Assembly (NCBI GenBank): GCA_042408215.1
Contig: JAYFMW010000006.1
Coordinates: 128,001 to 192,000 of the forward strand
Origin: Microcoleus sp.
GTDB lineage: Bacteria; Cyanobacteriota; Cyanobacteriia; Cyanobacteriales; Microcoleaceae
Direction: 5' to 3'
Length of the DNA stretch: 64,000 bases
The position numbers were made by a program, and so were the translations under genes. A model generated the notes under the pieces. That model saw only the letters and a list, made by a program, of their open reading frames with translations. It was not told the origin of the DNA and made no database searches. This document shows positions 30,310 through 43,468 of this stretch, in pieces. Numbering within the stretch: position 1 is the first letter of the stretch; each line of letters opens with the position of its first letter.

Positions 30310-30580
30310 ATTTGGGATTGAAGAGTGGTCGAAAGTTAAAACATTCTGCCTTGAGTTCCGGCTCCTCGTTTGCGATGGAGCGATCGAACTTAAATCGCAA
30401 AAGATGACAACTGTGGGAAAAAAACGGTAGAATTTATTTCATTCGATTTTAGATTTGGGATTGAAGAGTGGTCGAAAGTTAAAACATTCTGCCTTGAGTT
30501 CCGGCCCTCGTTTGCGCTCGACCGATGCTCGAACTCAAATCGCAAAAGATGACAACTGTGGGAGAAGAAGGGTAGAATTC
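30310..30580. repeat. ~140-bp tandem duplication in the divergent ktrB/vte4 intergenic region
   Basis: GATTGAAGAGTGGTCGAAAGTTAAAACATTCTGCC...GATGACAACTGTGGG occurs twice. Confidence 0.85.
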
Positions 30581-30603
30581 CTTTAATAACTTGCGATCGT
30601 GCG

Positions 30604-31557
30604 ATGACATCAACACTTTACCAGCAAATTCAGCAATTTTACGACGCTTCTAGCGGTCTGTGGGAACAGGTGTGGGGCGAACATATGCACCACGGTTACT
30701 ACGGCCCGGATGGAAACTTAAAGAAAGAACGGCGACAAGCTCAGATAGATTTGATCGAAGAACTGCTGGACTGGGCTGGAGTACCTGACGGGAAAGAACT
30801 CCCAGAATCTTACCGCATTCTGGATGTAGGTTGCGGGATCGGTGGCAGTACGTTATATTTGACCGAAAAGTTGAGTTCTGCTCCTGAAAATAATTTAAGG
30901 TTAGATGGCGGGGCCGATCGCAATTTTAGTCGATCGCCTGGACAAGATCAAACGGACACTAGGGTTACAGCTACCGGCATTACTCTGAGTCCGGTACAGG
31001 CGAACAGAGCAACGGAACGCGCTAAAATTGCTGGGCTGGAAAGCAATGTTAACTTTTTGGTAGCAGATGCTTTGAATATGCCGTTTCCTGACGAGTCCTT
31101 CGACTTGGTTTGGTCGCTGGAGAGCGGCGAACATATGCCTGATAAAATTAAGTTTTTGCAGGAATGTTACCGCGTGCTCAAGCCGGGGGGAACTTTGATT
31201 TTGGCGACTTGGTGTCACCGCCCGGTGGGAGAAACGGCGGGAGAATTGACAGATGCAGAGAGAAAGGAGTTGGCAGAAATTTACCGGGTTTATGCTTTAC
31301 CTTACGTGATTTCTTTGCCGGAATACGAGGAAATTACTCGCAGTTTGCCTTTTGCAAGTATTCGCACTGCTGACTGGTCAAAAGCTGTGGCTCCTTTTTG
31401 GGATATTGTGATCGATTCGGCTTTTACTCCGAGCGCGATTTGGGGTTTGCTGACTAGCGGTTGGACGACGATTCAAGCTGCACTTTCCCTCGGCTTGATG
31501 AGTCGGGGATATCAGAGCGGATTGATTCGTTTCGGGTTGATTTGTGCTGTAAAGTAA
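30604..31557 (+). CDS. vte4: Gamma-tocopherol methyltransferase
   Basis: FYDASSGLWEQVWGEHMHHGYY, ILDVGCGIGGS, WSLESGEHMPDK; adjacent to hpt. Confidence 0.9.
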   Translation: MTSTLYQQIQQFYDASSGLWEQVWGEHMHHGYYGPDGNLKKERRQAQIDLIEELLDWAGVPDGKELPESYRILDVGCGIGGSTLYLTEKLSSAPENNLRLDGGADRNFSRSPGQDQTDTRVTATGITLSPVQANRATERAKIAGLESNVNFLVADALNMPFPDESFDLVWSLESGEHMPDKIKFLQECYRVLKPGGTLILATWCHRPVGETAGELTDAERKELAEIYRVYALPYVISLPEYEEITRSLPFASIRTADWSKAVAPFWDIVIDSAFTPSAIWGLLTSGWTTIQAALSLGLMSRGYQSGLIRFGLICAVK

Positions 31558-31598
31558 ATCAGATGTTGAAGGAAGAAGGATGAGGGATGAGGCTGGTC

Positions 31599-31952
31599 AT
31601 TGGTGTACAATTAGCGTCAAAAGTAGTATCAGTATAACGTCTGACGATTAGCCTCTCGATCCCCCCTAACCCCCCTTAAAAAGGGGGGGAACCGGAGCAT
31701 TCAGAGTCAACCCCTACTCACACCCTACTCTCTTATTAAGGGGGATGCGAGGGGGATCGAGATTCGACTAAAAACGTCTGACGATTAGCCTCTCGATCCC
31801 CCCTAACCCCCCTTAAAAAGGGGGGAACCGGAGCATTCAGAGTCAACCCCTACTCACACCCTACTCTCTTATTAAGGGGGATGCGAGGGGGATCGAGATT
31901 CGACTACAAGCGACATCGATCGTGGGTTTAAGTCTTAAGTTGACAGCAATGG
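31599..31952. repeat. MITE-like shell containing two tandem 137-bp copies of the CCCCCTAA palindromic core
   Basis: 31636-31772 is repeated at 31773-31907; ends CATTGGTG... and ...CTTAAGTTGACAGCAATG. Confidence 0.8.
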
Positions 31953-32007
31953 TGCGTACTGTACACCCTACTTTTGGAAAAAAATATTTTGGGGGCATTT
32001 TAAATTT

Positions 32008-33000
32008 ATGAGTAATGATTCTGTTGGTAAGTCTGAGATCGATCGCAATGGCTTGGTGCTGCGGTGGCTGAGGGCGTTTTGGGAGTTTGCTCGGCCACAC
32101 ACAATTATCGGTACTAGCTTGAGTGTTTTGGCTTTGTATGCGATCGCCGAAAGCAATTTTAGGTTGGCAAATCCTTTATTTTTGCCCTTGGCTTTTGCGT
32201 GGCTGGCTTGCATTTGTGGTAATATTTATATTGTGGGATTGAATCAGTTAGAAGATGTTGAAATAGATAAAATTAATAAGCCTTATTTGCCGATCGCCTC
32301 TGGAGAGTTTGAGCGGAAGACCGGAGAATTAATTGTTGCCACCACTGGTATTTTAGCATTTTTAACTGCTCTTTGTCAAGGGCCGTTTTTGCTGGCTACG
32401 GTTGGGGTGAGTTTGGCGATCGGGACTGCTTATTCTCTGCCGCCAATGAGGCTGAAGCGGTTTCCTTTTTGGGCGGCGCTGTGCATTTTTACGGTGCGGG
32501 GCGCTATTGTAAATTTGGGGTTATTTTTTCACTTTAATTGGGTGTTGGGTTTGGGAAGGGCGAAAAGTGTTTTTTCGGGCTGGGATTTGGAGAGTTTGTC
32601 TTTGGCTATTCCTGGGGAAGTTTGGGTGCTGACGGTGTTTGTGGTGGTGTTTACGTTGGCGATCGCCATTTTTAAAGATATTCCTGACATGGAGGGCGAT
32701 CGGCAATACAATATTACCACATTTACGCTAAAAATTGGTAAGCCAGCAGTCTTTGATTTATCTCGCTGGGTGTTGACGGTTTGCTATCTAGGCGTAACTT
32801 TGGCGGGAGTGTTAATATTGCCAAATGTTAATTTAGGATTTCTGGCGGTTACTCATGTGGTGGCTTTGGGTTTGATGTGGTTTTGGAGCACGAAGGTTGA
32901 TTTGGAGGATAAAATAGAGATAGCTCAGTTTTATCAGTTGATCTGGAAGTTGTTTTTTTTCGAGTATATCATTTTTCCAGCAGCTTGTCTGTTGGGATGA
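32008..33000 (+). CDS. hpt: Homogentisate phytyltransferase
   Basis: F.RPHTIIGT, NIYIVGLNQLEDVEIDKINKP, FKDIPDMEGD. Confidence 0.93.
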   Translation: MSNDSVGKSEIDRNGLVLRWLRAFWEFARPHTIIGTSLSVLALYAIAESNFRLANPLFLPLAFAWLACICGNIYIVGLNQLEDVEIDKINKPYLPIASGEFERKTGELIVATTGILAFLTALCQGPFLLATVGVSLAIGTAYSLPPMRLKRFPFWAALCIFTVRGAIVNLGLFFHFNWVLGLGRAKSVFSGWDLESLSLAIPGEVWVLTVFVVVFTLAIAIFKDIPDMEGDRQYNITTFTLKIGKPAVFDLSRWVLTVCYLGVTLAGVLILPNVNLGFLAVTHVVALGLMWFWSTKVDLEDKIEIAQFYQLIWKLFFFEYIIFPAACLLG

Positions 33001-33054
33001 AGGAAGGCAATACACGGATTTTGACACGGATACACGGATTAATTAAAGATAGCT

Positions 33055-36000
33055 ATGGCTTCTCAAAATAAATCACGAAAATTTGTCAGTGAATTGAGTG
33101 CGGAAGACTCTTTGAAAAGAGCTTGGGAATATCACCAAGCGGGGCGTTTGTCAGAAGCTGAAAGTCTATATAGGCAAATAATAGAAGTGCAGCCGGAGTC
33201 TGCTAATGTGCTGTGTTTGTTGGGAATAGCTGCGAGACAGCAGGGGAAAATTGCCGAGGCGATCGCCTTTTATGAACAAGCGATCGCCCACAAGCCGGAT
33301 TTGGTGGAAGCGCATTTGAATAAGGCTCATGTTTTGCTGGATATTGGCGAAAATCAAAGGGCGATCGCCTGTTACGAACAAGTCATCAAACTTGCTCCAA
33401 ATTCCGCACTAGCACACAATAATTTGGGCTGGCTCAAACAGCAGCTAGGCGAGACAGATGCGGCAATTTTCTACTACCAAACAGCGCTGCAACTAGACCC
33501 CAGCCTGCTCGAAACTTACCATAATTTAGCGAATCTATTCAAAGCAAAAGGTCAATTTAACGAGGCGATCGCCTCTTACCGAAACGCTTTACAAATTAAT
33601 CCCAACTTAACAAATACTCTCATCGCTTTGGGAACAGTATTGCAACAGCAAGGTCAATTAATCGCAGCCCTAAACTGTTACCAGCAAGCAGTTAATCTCG
33701 ATCCAAATAATGCCGAGGCTCTTAACAATGTCGGAGCATTATACCACGAACAAGGTCATACACAAGCAGCAATATCGCATTACCAACAAGCATTAAATTT
33801 AAAACCAGATTTCCTAGATGCGATTAATAATCTCGGACACGCTTTTGTCGATCTAGGACAATTTCAATCAGCACTTTCCTGTCACTATCGAGCCTTGGAA
33901 TTGCAGCCAGAAAACAGCACAGCACATTTGGAATTTGCCCTCACTTTGTTATTGTTCGGAGATTTCCGGCGCGGTTTCGCTGAATATGAATGGCGGTGGC
34001 GCACTTCCCAACTACAACCCAGACAATTTGCACAACCAGTTTGGGATGGTTCAAGTTTACAGGGAAAAACTATTTTACTACACGTTGAGCAAGGTTTGGG
34101 TGACTCGATTCAGTTTATTCGTTACGCGCCGATTCTGTCGAGTCAAGGGGCGAAAGTGATTGTGGCTTGCTATCCAGAATTGATGCGGTTATTTGGAACA
34201 GTTGCTGGTGTTGAATATTTGTCAGTTAGTTTTGAGAATTTGCCGGCCTTTGATGTTCACGCACCGCTGATGAGTTTGCCCTATATTTTGGGGACAACTT
34301 TGGAAACAATCCCGGCCAATATTCCTTATTTGGCTCCGCCTGCTGAGTGCAAGTTTGCACTTTCTTCTGATGCTAAATTGAAGGTAGGAATTGTTTGGGC
34401 GGGAAATCCAAAACGCCGAAAAGATGCTCAACGCTCTTGCAATTTGAGCGATCTTATGCAATTTTTAGATGTGCCTGGAATCGCTTTTTACAGTTTACAA
34501 AAAAACTTGTCCGATGGCGATCGCACTTTATTACATCAACACCTAATCCCGGATTTGAGCCCCCATCTGAATGACTTTGCTGATACGGCTTCTGCTATCT
34601 CTCAACTGGATTTAGTCATCAGCGTCGATACCGCTGTTGCACATTTGGCTGGTGCTTTGGGAAAACCGGTTTGGGTGCTGCTTTCTTTTGCTCCTGACTG
34701 GCGTTGGCTGTTAGATAGAGAAGACAATCCTTGGTATCCGACGGCGAGACTGTTTCGCCAAACTCAGCCGGATGCTTGGGAAGAATTATTTGAGGAAGTG
34801 AAAGCGGCTTTGAGTTTATTGGTTGCTACTAATATAGAAGCACAATTGCAGCAAGCAGAATCCTTAATGGAAATCGGCGATCGAGAAGAGGCGATCGCCC
34901 TTTACGAACAAATCATATCTCTTGCGCCAAATTGCGTTCAAGCCAGAATTAATTTAGGTTTTCTCCAGCAAGAAAAGGGAGAATTAGATGCAGCCATCCC
35001 GCACTACAGGGAAGCTTGGAAAATTGACCCCAATATTCCTCAAACAGCTTACAACTTAGCCAAAGTTTTTGAGGAAAAAGGTCAATCAAAAGAGGCTATC
35101 GAACATTACAAACAAGCTCTTGTCGCACAACCAGATTTCGTACCTGCACTGATCAATTTGGCCGTGGCGCTACAAGAAAATGGCGAACTTTTAGAGGCGA
35201 TAAACCTCTATCGGCGAGCGCTGGAAGTTCAACCCAATAGCTGGGAAGCTTTAAACAATCTGGGAACCGTATTGCAAGAACAGGGCCATTTAGAAGATGC
35301 GCTCGAATATTACCACAAAGCTCTAGAATTGCTGCCGGATTTTGTCGAAGCTATCAACAATTTAGGTCGGACTTTTCTCGAAAAAGGCGCGGTAGAAGAT
35401 GCGATCGCCTGTTATCGACGAGTGATATCTTTGAGTCCCGAACACGCTAGCGCTCACCTGAATTTGTCCCTGGCTTTGCTGTTAGTGGGAGAATTAGAAA
35501 ATGGTTTTGCTGAATACGAATGGCGGTGGAAAATCAAAGAATTTCACACTGGTCATTCCTGTTTCTTGACGGGGCCGGATAATACAGTTTCGGCGAGAGA
35601 ATACCGACCGCTTTGGGATGGTTCAGATTTGCAAGGAAAGACGATTTTACTCCACGCTGAACAAGGTTTGGGCGATTCTATTCAGTTTGTGCGCTATGCT
35701 GCGATCGTCAAAAATAAAGGTGGTAAGGTAATTGTGGGCTGTTATCCGCAATTAAATCGCTTGTTTTCCACAGTTGATGGCATAGATTTATTAATAGTTA
35801 AAGGCGAACCAATCCCGGAATTTGATGTGCAATCGCCCATGTTAAGTTTGCCGCATATTCTCGGTACAACTCGGTCAACAATACCGGCAAATACTGCTTA
35901 TTTAACAGCGCCTGCGGATTGTCAATTTGCCCTTTTGCCCGATCGCAAATTCAAAGTCGGAATTGTTTGGGCGGGGAATCCCAAACATCGCAAGAATATG

Positions 36001-39000
36001 CAGCGTTCTTGCAGTTTGAGCGCATTTATCCCACTTTTGGACGTTTCGGGGGTGAGTTTTTATAGCTTGCAGAAAGAGCTTTCAGAGGCCGATCGCGCGT
36101 TGTTACATCAAACGTCGATCGTCGATTTGAGTCCGCATTTTGGGGATTTTGCTGATACTGCGGCTGCGATCGCCCAACTGGATTTAGTGATTACCGTCGA
36201 TACCGCTGTTGCCCATTTGGCGGGCGCTTTGGGCAAACCGGTGTGGATTTTGCTGGCGTTTTCCCCCGATTGGCGCTGGCTTTTGGAGCGAGAAGATACT
36301 CCTTGGTATCCGACGGCGCGACTGTTTCGTCAGTCGATAAGGGGCGACTGGGAGGGCGTTTTCGAGCGGGTGGCGCAGGCTCTTGGGAGCGCGGTTTCCC
36401 AGGAGTGCGCCCAGGCTGATGAGGCGGATGCAGCATTGATCCGGGGGCGAGATTTGCAGCAGCAGGGCGAGTTGCGAGGTGCGATCGAATGCTACGAACG
36501 GGCGATCGCGATCGCTCCCAATTACGCGATCGCATACAGCAATCTGGGCGTTGTCAAACAACAAATCGGCTTGCTCCCAGAGGCGATCGCATACTACCGC
36601 CAAGCCCTAGCCATTGAGCCGAATTTGGCGGAAACTCTCAGCAATTTGGGGAGTGCTCTGGCGGATGCAGGGGAAACAGCAGAGGCGATCGCAGTCTACG
36701 ATCGCGCTCTGAGTTTAAACCCCAATTGCGCCGAAGCTTGGATTAATTTGGGGCTGGCGCGGGAAAATCAAGGGGATTTAGCGGAGGCTATAAACTGCTA
36801 CCTGAAAGGGATTCAGCTTAATCCAAATTCTGCCGAAGCTTACTTGAATTTGGGCATTGCTTTGGAAAAACAGGGGGACAAGGAAGGGGAAGCGAGGGAG
36901 TTTTACGAACAGGCGATCGCAAATTATGAACGGGCGATCGCAATTCACCCTAATTATTTGGAAGCCTTGCAAAACCTAGCATACGCTGCAATCCGACAGG
37001 GAAAAATTGCCGATGCGATCGCCTATTACGAGCGAGCGACTGCACTGCAACCGGATTTAGCCGCAACTCTGATTGGTTTGGGGAGCTCGCTACAACAGCA
37101 AGGAAAGTTAGATGAGGCTCTAGCCGTTTGTCAGCAAGCGATTCAGAAATTGCCCGCTAATGCTGAGGCTCACTGTAATCTGGGAATTGTGTTTCACAAA
37201 CAGGGAAAAATTGCCAATGCGATCGCCTGCTATCAGCAAGCTTTGAGCCGGAAACCAGACTTTCCAGCAGCTTTGAACAATCTCGGTAAGGCTTTTGAGG
37301 AAGAGGGAAAAATGGCGGATGCGATGGATTGTTACCATCGGGCGATCGAACTTCAACCTAATAATATTAATTCCTGCAATGGTTTGGGAAATGCTTTACA
37401 GCAACGGGGAGAATTTGCCGATGCTGTCGCCTGTTATAGTCAAGGAGTTGAGTTCAATAGGACTCACCCGGAAGCTCACTTAAATCTCGCTTTAGCTTTG
37501 CTGCTAGTGGGAGATTTTGAACGCGGTTTTTCCGAGTACGAATGGCGGCTGCTGGTTCAAGAAAAACAGTTTCCAACTAATAATTTTATGCAGCCGCTTT
37601 GGGATGGCAAAGATTTGGATGGAAAAACTATTTTGCTGTGCCCAGAACAGGGTTTAGGCGATGCGATTCAGTTTATCCGCTACGCAGATTTAGTTAAGCA
37701 AAAAGGCGGCCAAGTAATTGTTTGGTGTCAGCCCCATTTACAGCGCTTATTTGAACAGGTTTCGGGCATCGATCGATTAATAGTTAGTCCAGAATCAGCG
37801 CCGGATTTTGATGTGCGCGCCCAATTAATGAGTTTGCCGCATCTTTTGGGCACAACTTTAGCAACTATACCCGCCCAGGTTCCCTATTTAGCACCGCCAC
37901 CAGGCCTAGAATTTACTCTTCATGCAACTTCCAATTTAAAAGTAGGAATTGTCTGGTCTGGAAATCCTAACAATTCACAAAATAACCTGCGTTCATTTCC
38001 GTTGAATTCCTTGCTCAAACTGTTAGATATTCCGGGAGTAGAATTTTACAGTTTACAAAAGGAAATCTCAGAGGAAGAAGCTACTTTATTAGAGCAAATG
38101 TCAATCGCAGATTTAAGTCCTTATTTGCATGATTTTGCTCATACAGCGGCGGCCATTTCGGCTCTGGATTTAGTGATTTCTATGGATACTTCTGTGGCGC
38201 ATTTGGCTGGTGCTTTGGGTAAAACCGTGTGGATTTTGCTCTGTTTTACCCCCGATTGGCGCTGGATGTTGGAGGGGGAAGAGAGTCCTTGGTATCCGAC
38301 GGCGAGGTTGTTTCGACAGGAGAAATCGGGGGATTGGGAAGGTGTTTTTGAGCGGCTGGCTTTGGCGCTGAAAGCCAAGATTTGCGAGCATCAGCCAGAG
38401 GAGATGATCGTCGGAAATCAGCCGAATTTAGAGTTGGCTCAAAAACAGTTTAATCGGGGAAATATTCTGAAATCGCAAGGAAAATTTTCGGAGGCGATCG
38501 CCTATTTTAAAAATGCTTTAGTTTATCAGCCAGATTTGCTCGAAGCTGCAACTAATTTGGCGGTGACGTTGCACCAAATAGGCGATTTTACCGAGGCTGC
38601 AACATATTATTTGCGATCGATCCAAATCGATCCAAACTCCGCTCCAGCGCACAATAACCTGGGCATTTTGCGACAAGCTCAGGGGAATATCGCTGAGGCT
38701 GTATCTTGTTTTCAAAAGGCGATCGCCCTGAATCCACTCTATGTCAAAGCTCTTAACAATCTCGGCGCAATCCTCCAGCAGCAGGGGGAATTGCCAAGTG
38801 CGATCGCTTATTTTCAGCAAGCGCTTTCTGCCACGTCAAATTGCGTACCCGCCCTGATAAATTTGGGCGTGGCGATGGAAGCAAAATGTCAGCCAGAAGA
38901 GGCTAAACGCTTTTATCAACAGTGCATTGAACTAGAACCTGACAACCCGAAAGGATACTATTATTTAGGTACTTTGTGCTTAAAAATACACGAATTAGAA

Positions 39001-42000
39001 CAGGCAATTTCTCACTTAGAAACAGCCTTAGTTTTGCATCCTGATTCTGTGGAAGACTTGAATAATTTAGGCAGTGCTTTGGAAGGAATTGGCGACATCC
39101 CCAGAGCAATTTCCTGTTATAATCAAGCCTTGACTATCGATGCAAAATGTGGTAAAGTTCATTTCAATTTAGCCTTAGCATTGCTATTGAGTGGAGACTT
39201 GCCGCGCGGTTTTGCCGAGTACGAATGGCGATGGGAAACAGATCAGGCAAAAAAATTGCAGTGGTTTCATTTAGCACAGCCAGTTTGGGATGGTTCTGAC
39301 TTGAATGGAAAAACTATTTTGCTCCGCTGCGAACAAGGTTTGGGCGATGCAATTCAGTTTGTACGCTACGCGCCAATTGTCCAGCAAAAAGGTGGCAAAG
39401 TAGTTGTTTCTTGCTATCAAGAACTCAAGCGTTTATTTAAAGCAATTCCTGGGATTGAACAAGTCGCAGTTAGAGTAGAGGAGTTGCCGGAATTTCACTT
39501 GCAAGCACCGCTGATGAGTTTGCCATATATTTTGGGGACAAATTTAGAAAATATCCCGGCAAATATTCCTTATTTGTCACCTCCTGCTGGCTGGAATTTT
39601 TCCCTGGATTCAAATCATAATTTAAAAATAGGGATAGTTTGGGCGGGAAGTTCGGAACATTTGAAGGATTTTATGCGATCGACTGATTTAAGCTATTTTC
39701 TGAAATTGTTAGATATTCCAGGGGTAAGTTTTTACAGTCTTCAGAAAGAAATTTCGGCTGGCGAGCGCACTTTGTTAAATCAAATTCCAGTCACAGATTT
39801 AAGCGACAATTTAAACGATTTTGCCGATACCGCAGCGGTGATATCGCAATTGGATTTAGTAATTTGTGTCGATACCGCTGTCGCCCACTTAGTCGGTGCT
39901 TTGGGAAAACCAGTCTGGATTTTGCTATCTTTTGTACCCGATTGGCGGTGGATGTTGGAGAGAGAAGACAGCCCTTGGTATCCGACGGCGCGCCTGTTTC
40001 GCCAGCAAAAACCGGGCGATTGGGAGGGAGTATTCGATCGCCTAAAAACAGCCTTGCAAGAGATGGCCCGCACGCACCTTCCACAAGACAGGGCGGGCCT
40101 GGGGGCACAAGACAGGGCGGGCACGGGGGCACAAGACAGGGCGGGCCTGGGGGCACAAGACAGGGCGGGCCTGGGGGCACAAGACAGGGCGGGCACGGGG
40201 GCACAAGAGAGGGCCCCCACGCACCTTCCACAAGACAGGGCGGGCACGGGGGCACAAGACAGGGCGGGCACGGGGGCACAAGACAGGGCGGGCCTGGGGG
40301 CACAAGACAGGGCGGGCCTGGGGGCACAAGACAGGGCGGGCCTGGGGGCACAAGACAGGGCGGGCCTGGGGGCACAAGACAGGGCGGGCCTGGGGGCACA
40401 AGACAGGGCGGGCCTGGGGGCACAAGACAGGGCGGGCCTGGGGGCACAAGACAGGGCGGGCCTGGGGGCACAAGACAGGGCGGGCACGGGGGCACAAGAC
40501 AGGGCGGGCACGGGGGCACCGCCCCTACAGTCTAATTTATTATCACCAGCGCAGGTAGAATTTCACATAGCAAATGCCCTCAAAAAACAGGGTAAAAAAG
40601 AAGCAGCGATCGCCCGATACGAACAAGTAATTACTATTCATCCTCAGCACGCAGAAGCCCATAGTTATTTAGGCTATCTCAAACAACAAAATGGGCTAAT
40701 ATCAGAGGCAATTTCCCATTATCAACAAGCGTTAGAAATTAATCCCAATCAGGGTGAAACTAACTTATACTTAGGTTGCGCTCTCGAAGAACAGGGAAAA
40801 GTTGCAGAGGCGATCGACTATTACGATCGAGCAATTCAACAATCTTCAGACTCACCGAATACTCATTTTAGACTAGCCTTAGCCTTGCTCTTAACCGGCA
40901 ATTTCCCGCGCGGTTTTGCTGAGTATGAATGGCGCTGGAAAACTCAAGAATTGGAACCCAGATATTTCGCCCAACCGCTTTGGGATGGTGCTGATTTGCA
41001 GGGAAAAACAATTCTGTTGCATCCCGAACAAGGTTTAGGTGACACCATTCATTTTATCCGTTATGCAGCTTTAGTTAAACAAAAAGGTGGCAAAGTTATT
41101 GTTGCTTGTCATCAATCACTGAAGCGTTTGTTTGAAGGAGTTGCAGGGATAGATCATGTAGTATCAAGACCGAAGGATTTGCCGGATTTTCAAGTACAAT
41201 CGCCGCTGATGAGTTTGCCACGAATTCTGGGTACAACTTGGGAAAATCTACCCGTTAATATTCCTTATTTAGCTCCTCCCCAGAATGCTAAATTTTTGAT
41301 ACAATCCAGTAATCAACTAAAAGTTGGGATTGTTTGGGCGGGCGGCCCGCTGCACCGAAAAAATAATGATAGATCGTGTAAATTGACCAATTTTATGCAA
41401 TTCTTAGATATTCCGGGAGCAAGTTTTTATAGCCTTCAGAAAGATTTGTCACCGGGCGATCGCAGTTTATTAAATCAACAGCAAATATCAGATTTAAGCC
41501 AAGAGTTAGGAGATTTTGCGGACACCGCAGCCATTATTTCCCAACTGGATTTAGTAATTTGTGTAGATACTGCTGTCGCGCACTTAGCCGGTGCTTTAGG
41601 AAAACCAGTCTGGATTTTGCTATCTTTTGTACCCGATTGGCGGTGGATGTTGGAGCGTGAAGATAGCCCTTGGTATCCCACTGTGCGCTTGTTTAGGCAA
41701 CAAAAAGCCGGTGATTGGGAGGGAGTGTGCGATCGCATAAAAACAGCCCTACAAGACACAGTAAGCACGGGAATACAAGAGAGGGCGGGCACGGGGGCAC
41801 AAGAGAGGGCGGGCACGGGGGCACAAGAGAGGGCGGGCACGGGAATACAAGACACAGTAAGCACGGGAATACAAGACACAGTAAGCACGGGAATACAAGA
41901 CAGGGCGGGCACGGGGGCACCGCCCCTACAGTCTACTTATTATCAGGATCAGCCTCAAATTCAACCCCCAGAAACTCCCCCAAAAATAACAGGAATTGGC

Positions 42001-43170
42001 ATCACATGGCCAGTCAGCGTCACCAGCGGCTGGGGAATTTACGGCATCAATTTAACACTGCAACTGCTGCGAAATCCCGCCTGGGAAGTTGCACTTTTAG
42101 CACCACCTTCCATCTCAGAAATTAATCAATCCGCTGCACAAAGCGCTGTTATTACCCTTAGTAGAAAAACAGAAACAGTTTCAGGAATTAGTCAGCCGCC
42201 AATTCAGACAAACAGATAAATTGCAACTTTCCCAGCACTTTACGCCCTCGGCAATAATTTAGTATCATCTGGTGTGGAAAATCAAATTACCAGTGCTTGT
42301 CAAGTAGGAGTCATCTTTTTTGAAGACACCAGAATCACAGCAGAAGCACTCGAAAAAGCCAAAAAATATAGTGTGATCGTCGCCGGTTCTAACTGGAATG
42401 CCGATGTTTTGAGAAGCTACGGCTTGACTAATGTGGCGATGGTAAATCAAGGAATTGACCCCACAATTTTCCATCCGGCACCTAAATCTAATCTATTTGG
42501 CGATCGCTTTGTCATCTTCTCCGGCGGCAAACTCGAATATCGCAAAGGTCAAGATATTGTCATCGCCGCTTTCAAACAATTTCGCGCCAAACATCCCGAA
42601 GCATTATTACTAACAACATGGCATAACTTCTGGCCTCAGTATATGCTGGGAATTGAACAAACCGGAAACGTAGCCGGACTTCCCAATATTAACCGCGACG
42701 GAAGTTTAGGAATTTCCCAATGGTTAGCAGCTAACGGTTTACCCGTGGAATCTTTTATCAATATCGGCTTAATTCCCAATCACCTCGCCGGACAAATATT
42801 GCGAGAAGCCGATGCTGCTGTTTTCACCAATCGCTGCGAAGGCGGCACTAATTTAGTCGCAATGGAAAGTATGGCCTGCGGAATTCCTACTATTTTATCA
42901 GCAAATACTGGTCATTTAGATTTGATTCACAGCAATAATTGCTATCCTTTATTAAGTCAGCGACGAGTTAAACCGACTGCTCATTTTCCTGGAATTCAAG
43001 GCTGGGGAGAGTCTGATGTTGAAGAAGTTATTGAGGCTTTAGAGCAAATTTACACTAATCGTGAAGAAGCCAAACGTCGGGGTTTAGCTGCGGCTAATTT
43101 TATGCTTAATTGGACTTGGGAAAAACAGGTTAATCGTTTTCTGAATATTATTGGCGGGCTATATACATAA
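33055..43170 (+). CDS. Giant TPR-glycosyltransferase: five (TPR array + GT9-like) modules plus a C-terminal GT4 domain; local frameshifts at ~42120-42235
   Basis: Five copies of EYEWR..WDG..GKTILL..EQGLGD and DLVI.xDT.VAHL.GALG. Downstream ORF 42274-43170 (GGKLEYRKGQD, RCEGGTNLVAME) is in the same frame. Confidence 0.85.
40083..40529 (+). repeat. Intragenic 24-bp tandem repeat (QDRAG[L/T]GA x ~17)
   Basis: CAAGACAGGGCGGGC(C/A)(T/C)GGGGGCA units ending in a full REP copy. Confidence 0.95.
41752..41930 (+). repeat. Second intragenic 24-bp tandem repeat
   Basis: QDTVSTGI/QERAGTGA units ending in RAGTGAPPLQ. Confidence 0.9.
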
Positions 43171-43175
43171 TTCCC

Positions 43176-43455
43176 GTAGGGGCGGGTTCATCAACAATAA
43201 TCGCCCCAAAACTAACAATTTCAAAAACCCGCCCTCTCACCCAACAAACAATATTAATGTACATTCAGATTTACGGTGGGGCGGGGGCGGGTTTATATTA
43301 ATTGTCGGTGATTATTATGTATGGTTGGCGAACCCGCCCCTACAAATAAAATGTAGGTTGAAATTACAATTTCAATCCACCGATAGATACTGTAGGGTGC
43401 GTCGCACTCGACAATCTGCAATTAAAATCAAAAATATAGCAGCGACGCACCCTAC
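43176..43455. repeat. Cluster of GTAG-type REP-like palindromes between convergent genes
   Basis: GTAGGGGCGGGTT...AACCCGCCC; GTAGGGTGCGTCGC...GCGACGCACCCTAC. Similar elements at 15242-15272, 47837-47897, 57028-57085 and 60725-60860. Confidence 0.8.
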
Positions 43456-43468
43456 CAGATAAAAAAGA

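Noticed and set aside
30870..30965. ~30-aa insertion in gamma-tocopherol methyltransferase as intein or mobile repeat
   Set aside because: Too short, no intein motifs, no match to the repeat families seen here; probably a lineage-specific loop
39780..40535. Long alternative-frame ORFs (MPALSCAP..., MPPCPPCLV...)
   Set aside because: Shadow ORFs produced by a stop-free 24-bp repeat inside the giant GT gene
42274..43170. Separate GT4 gene
   Set aside because: The domain's N-terminus lies in the upstream ORF and three +1 insertions reconnect them in frame
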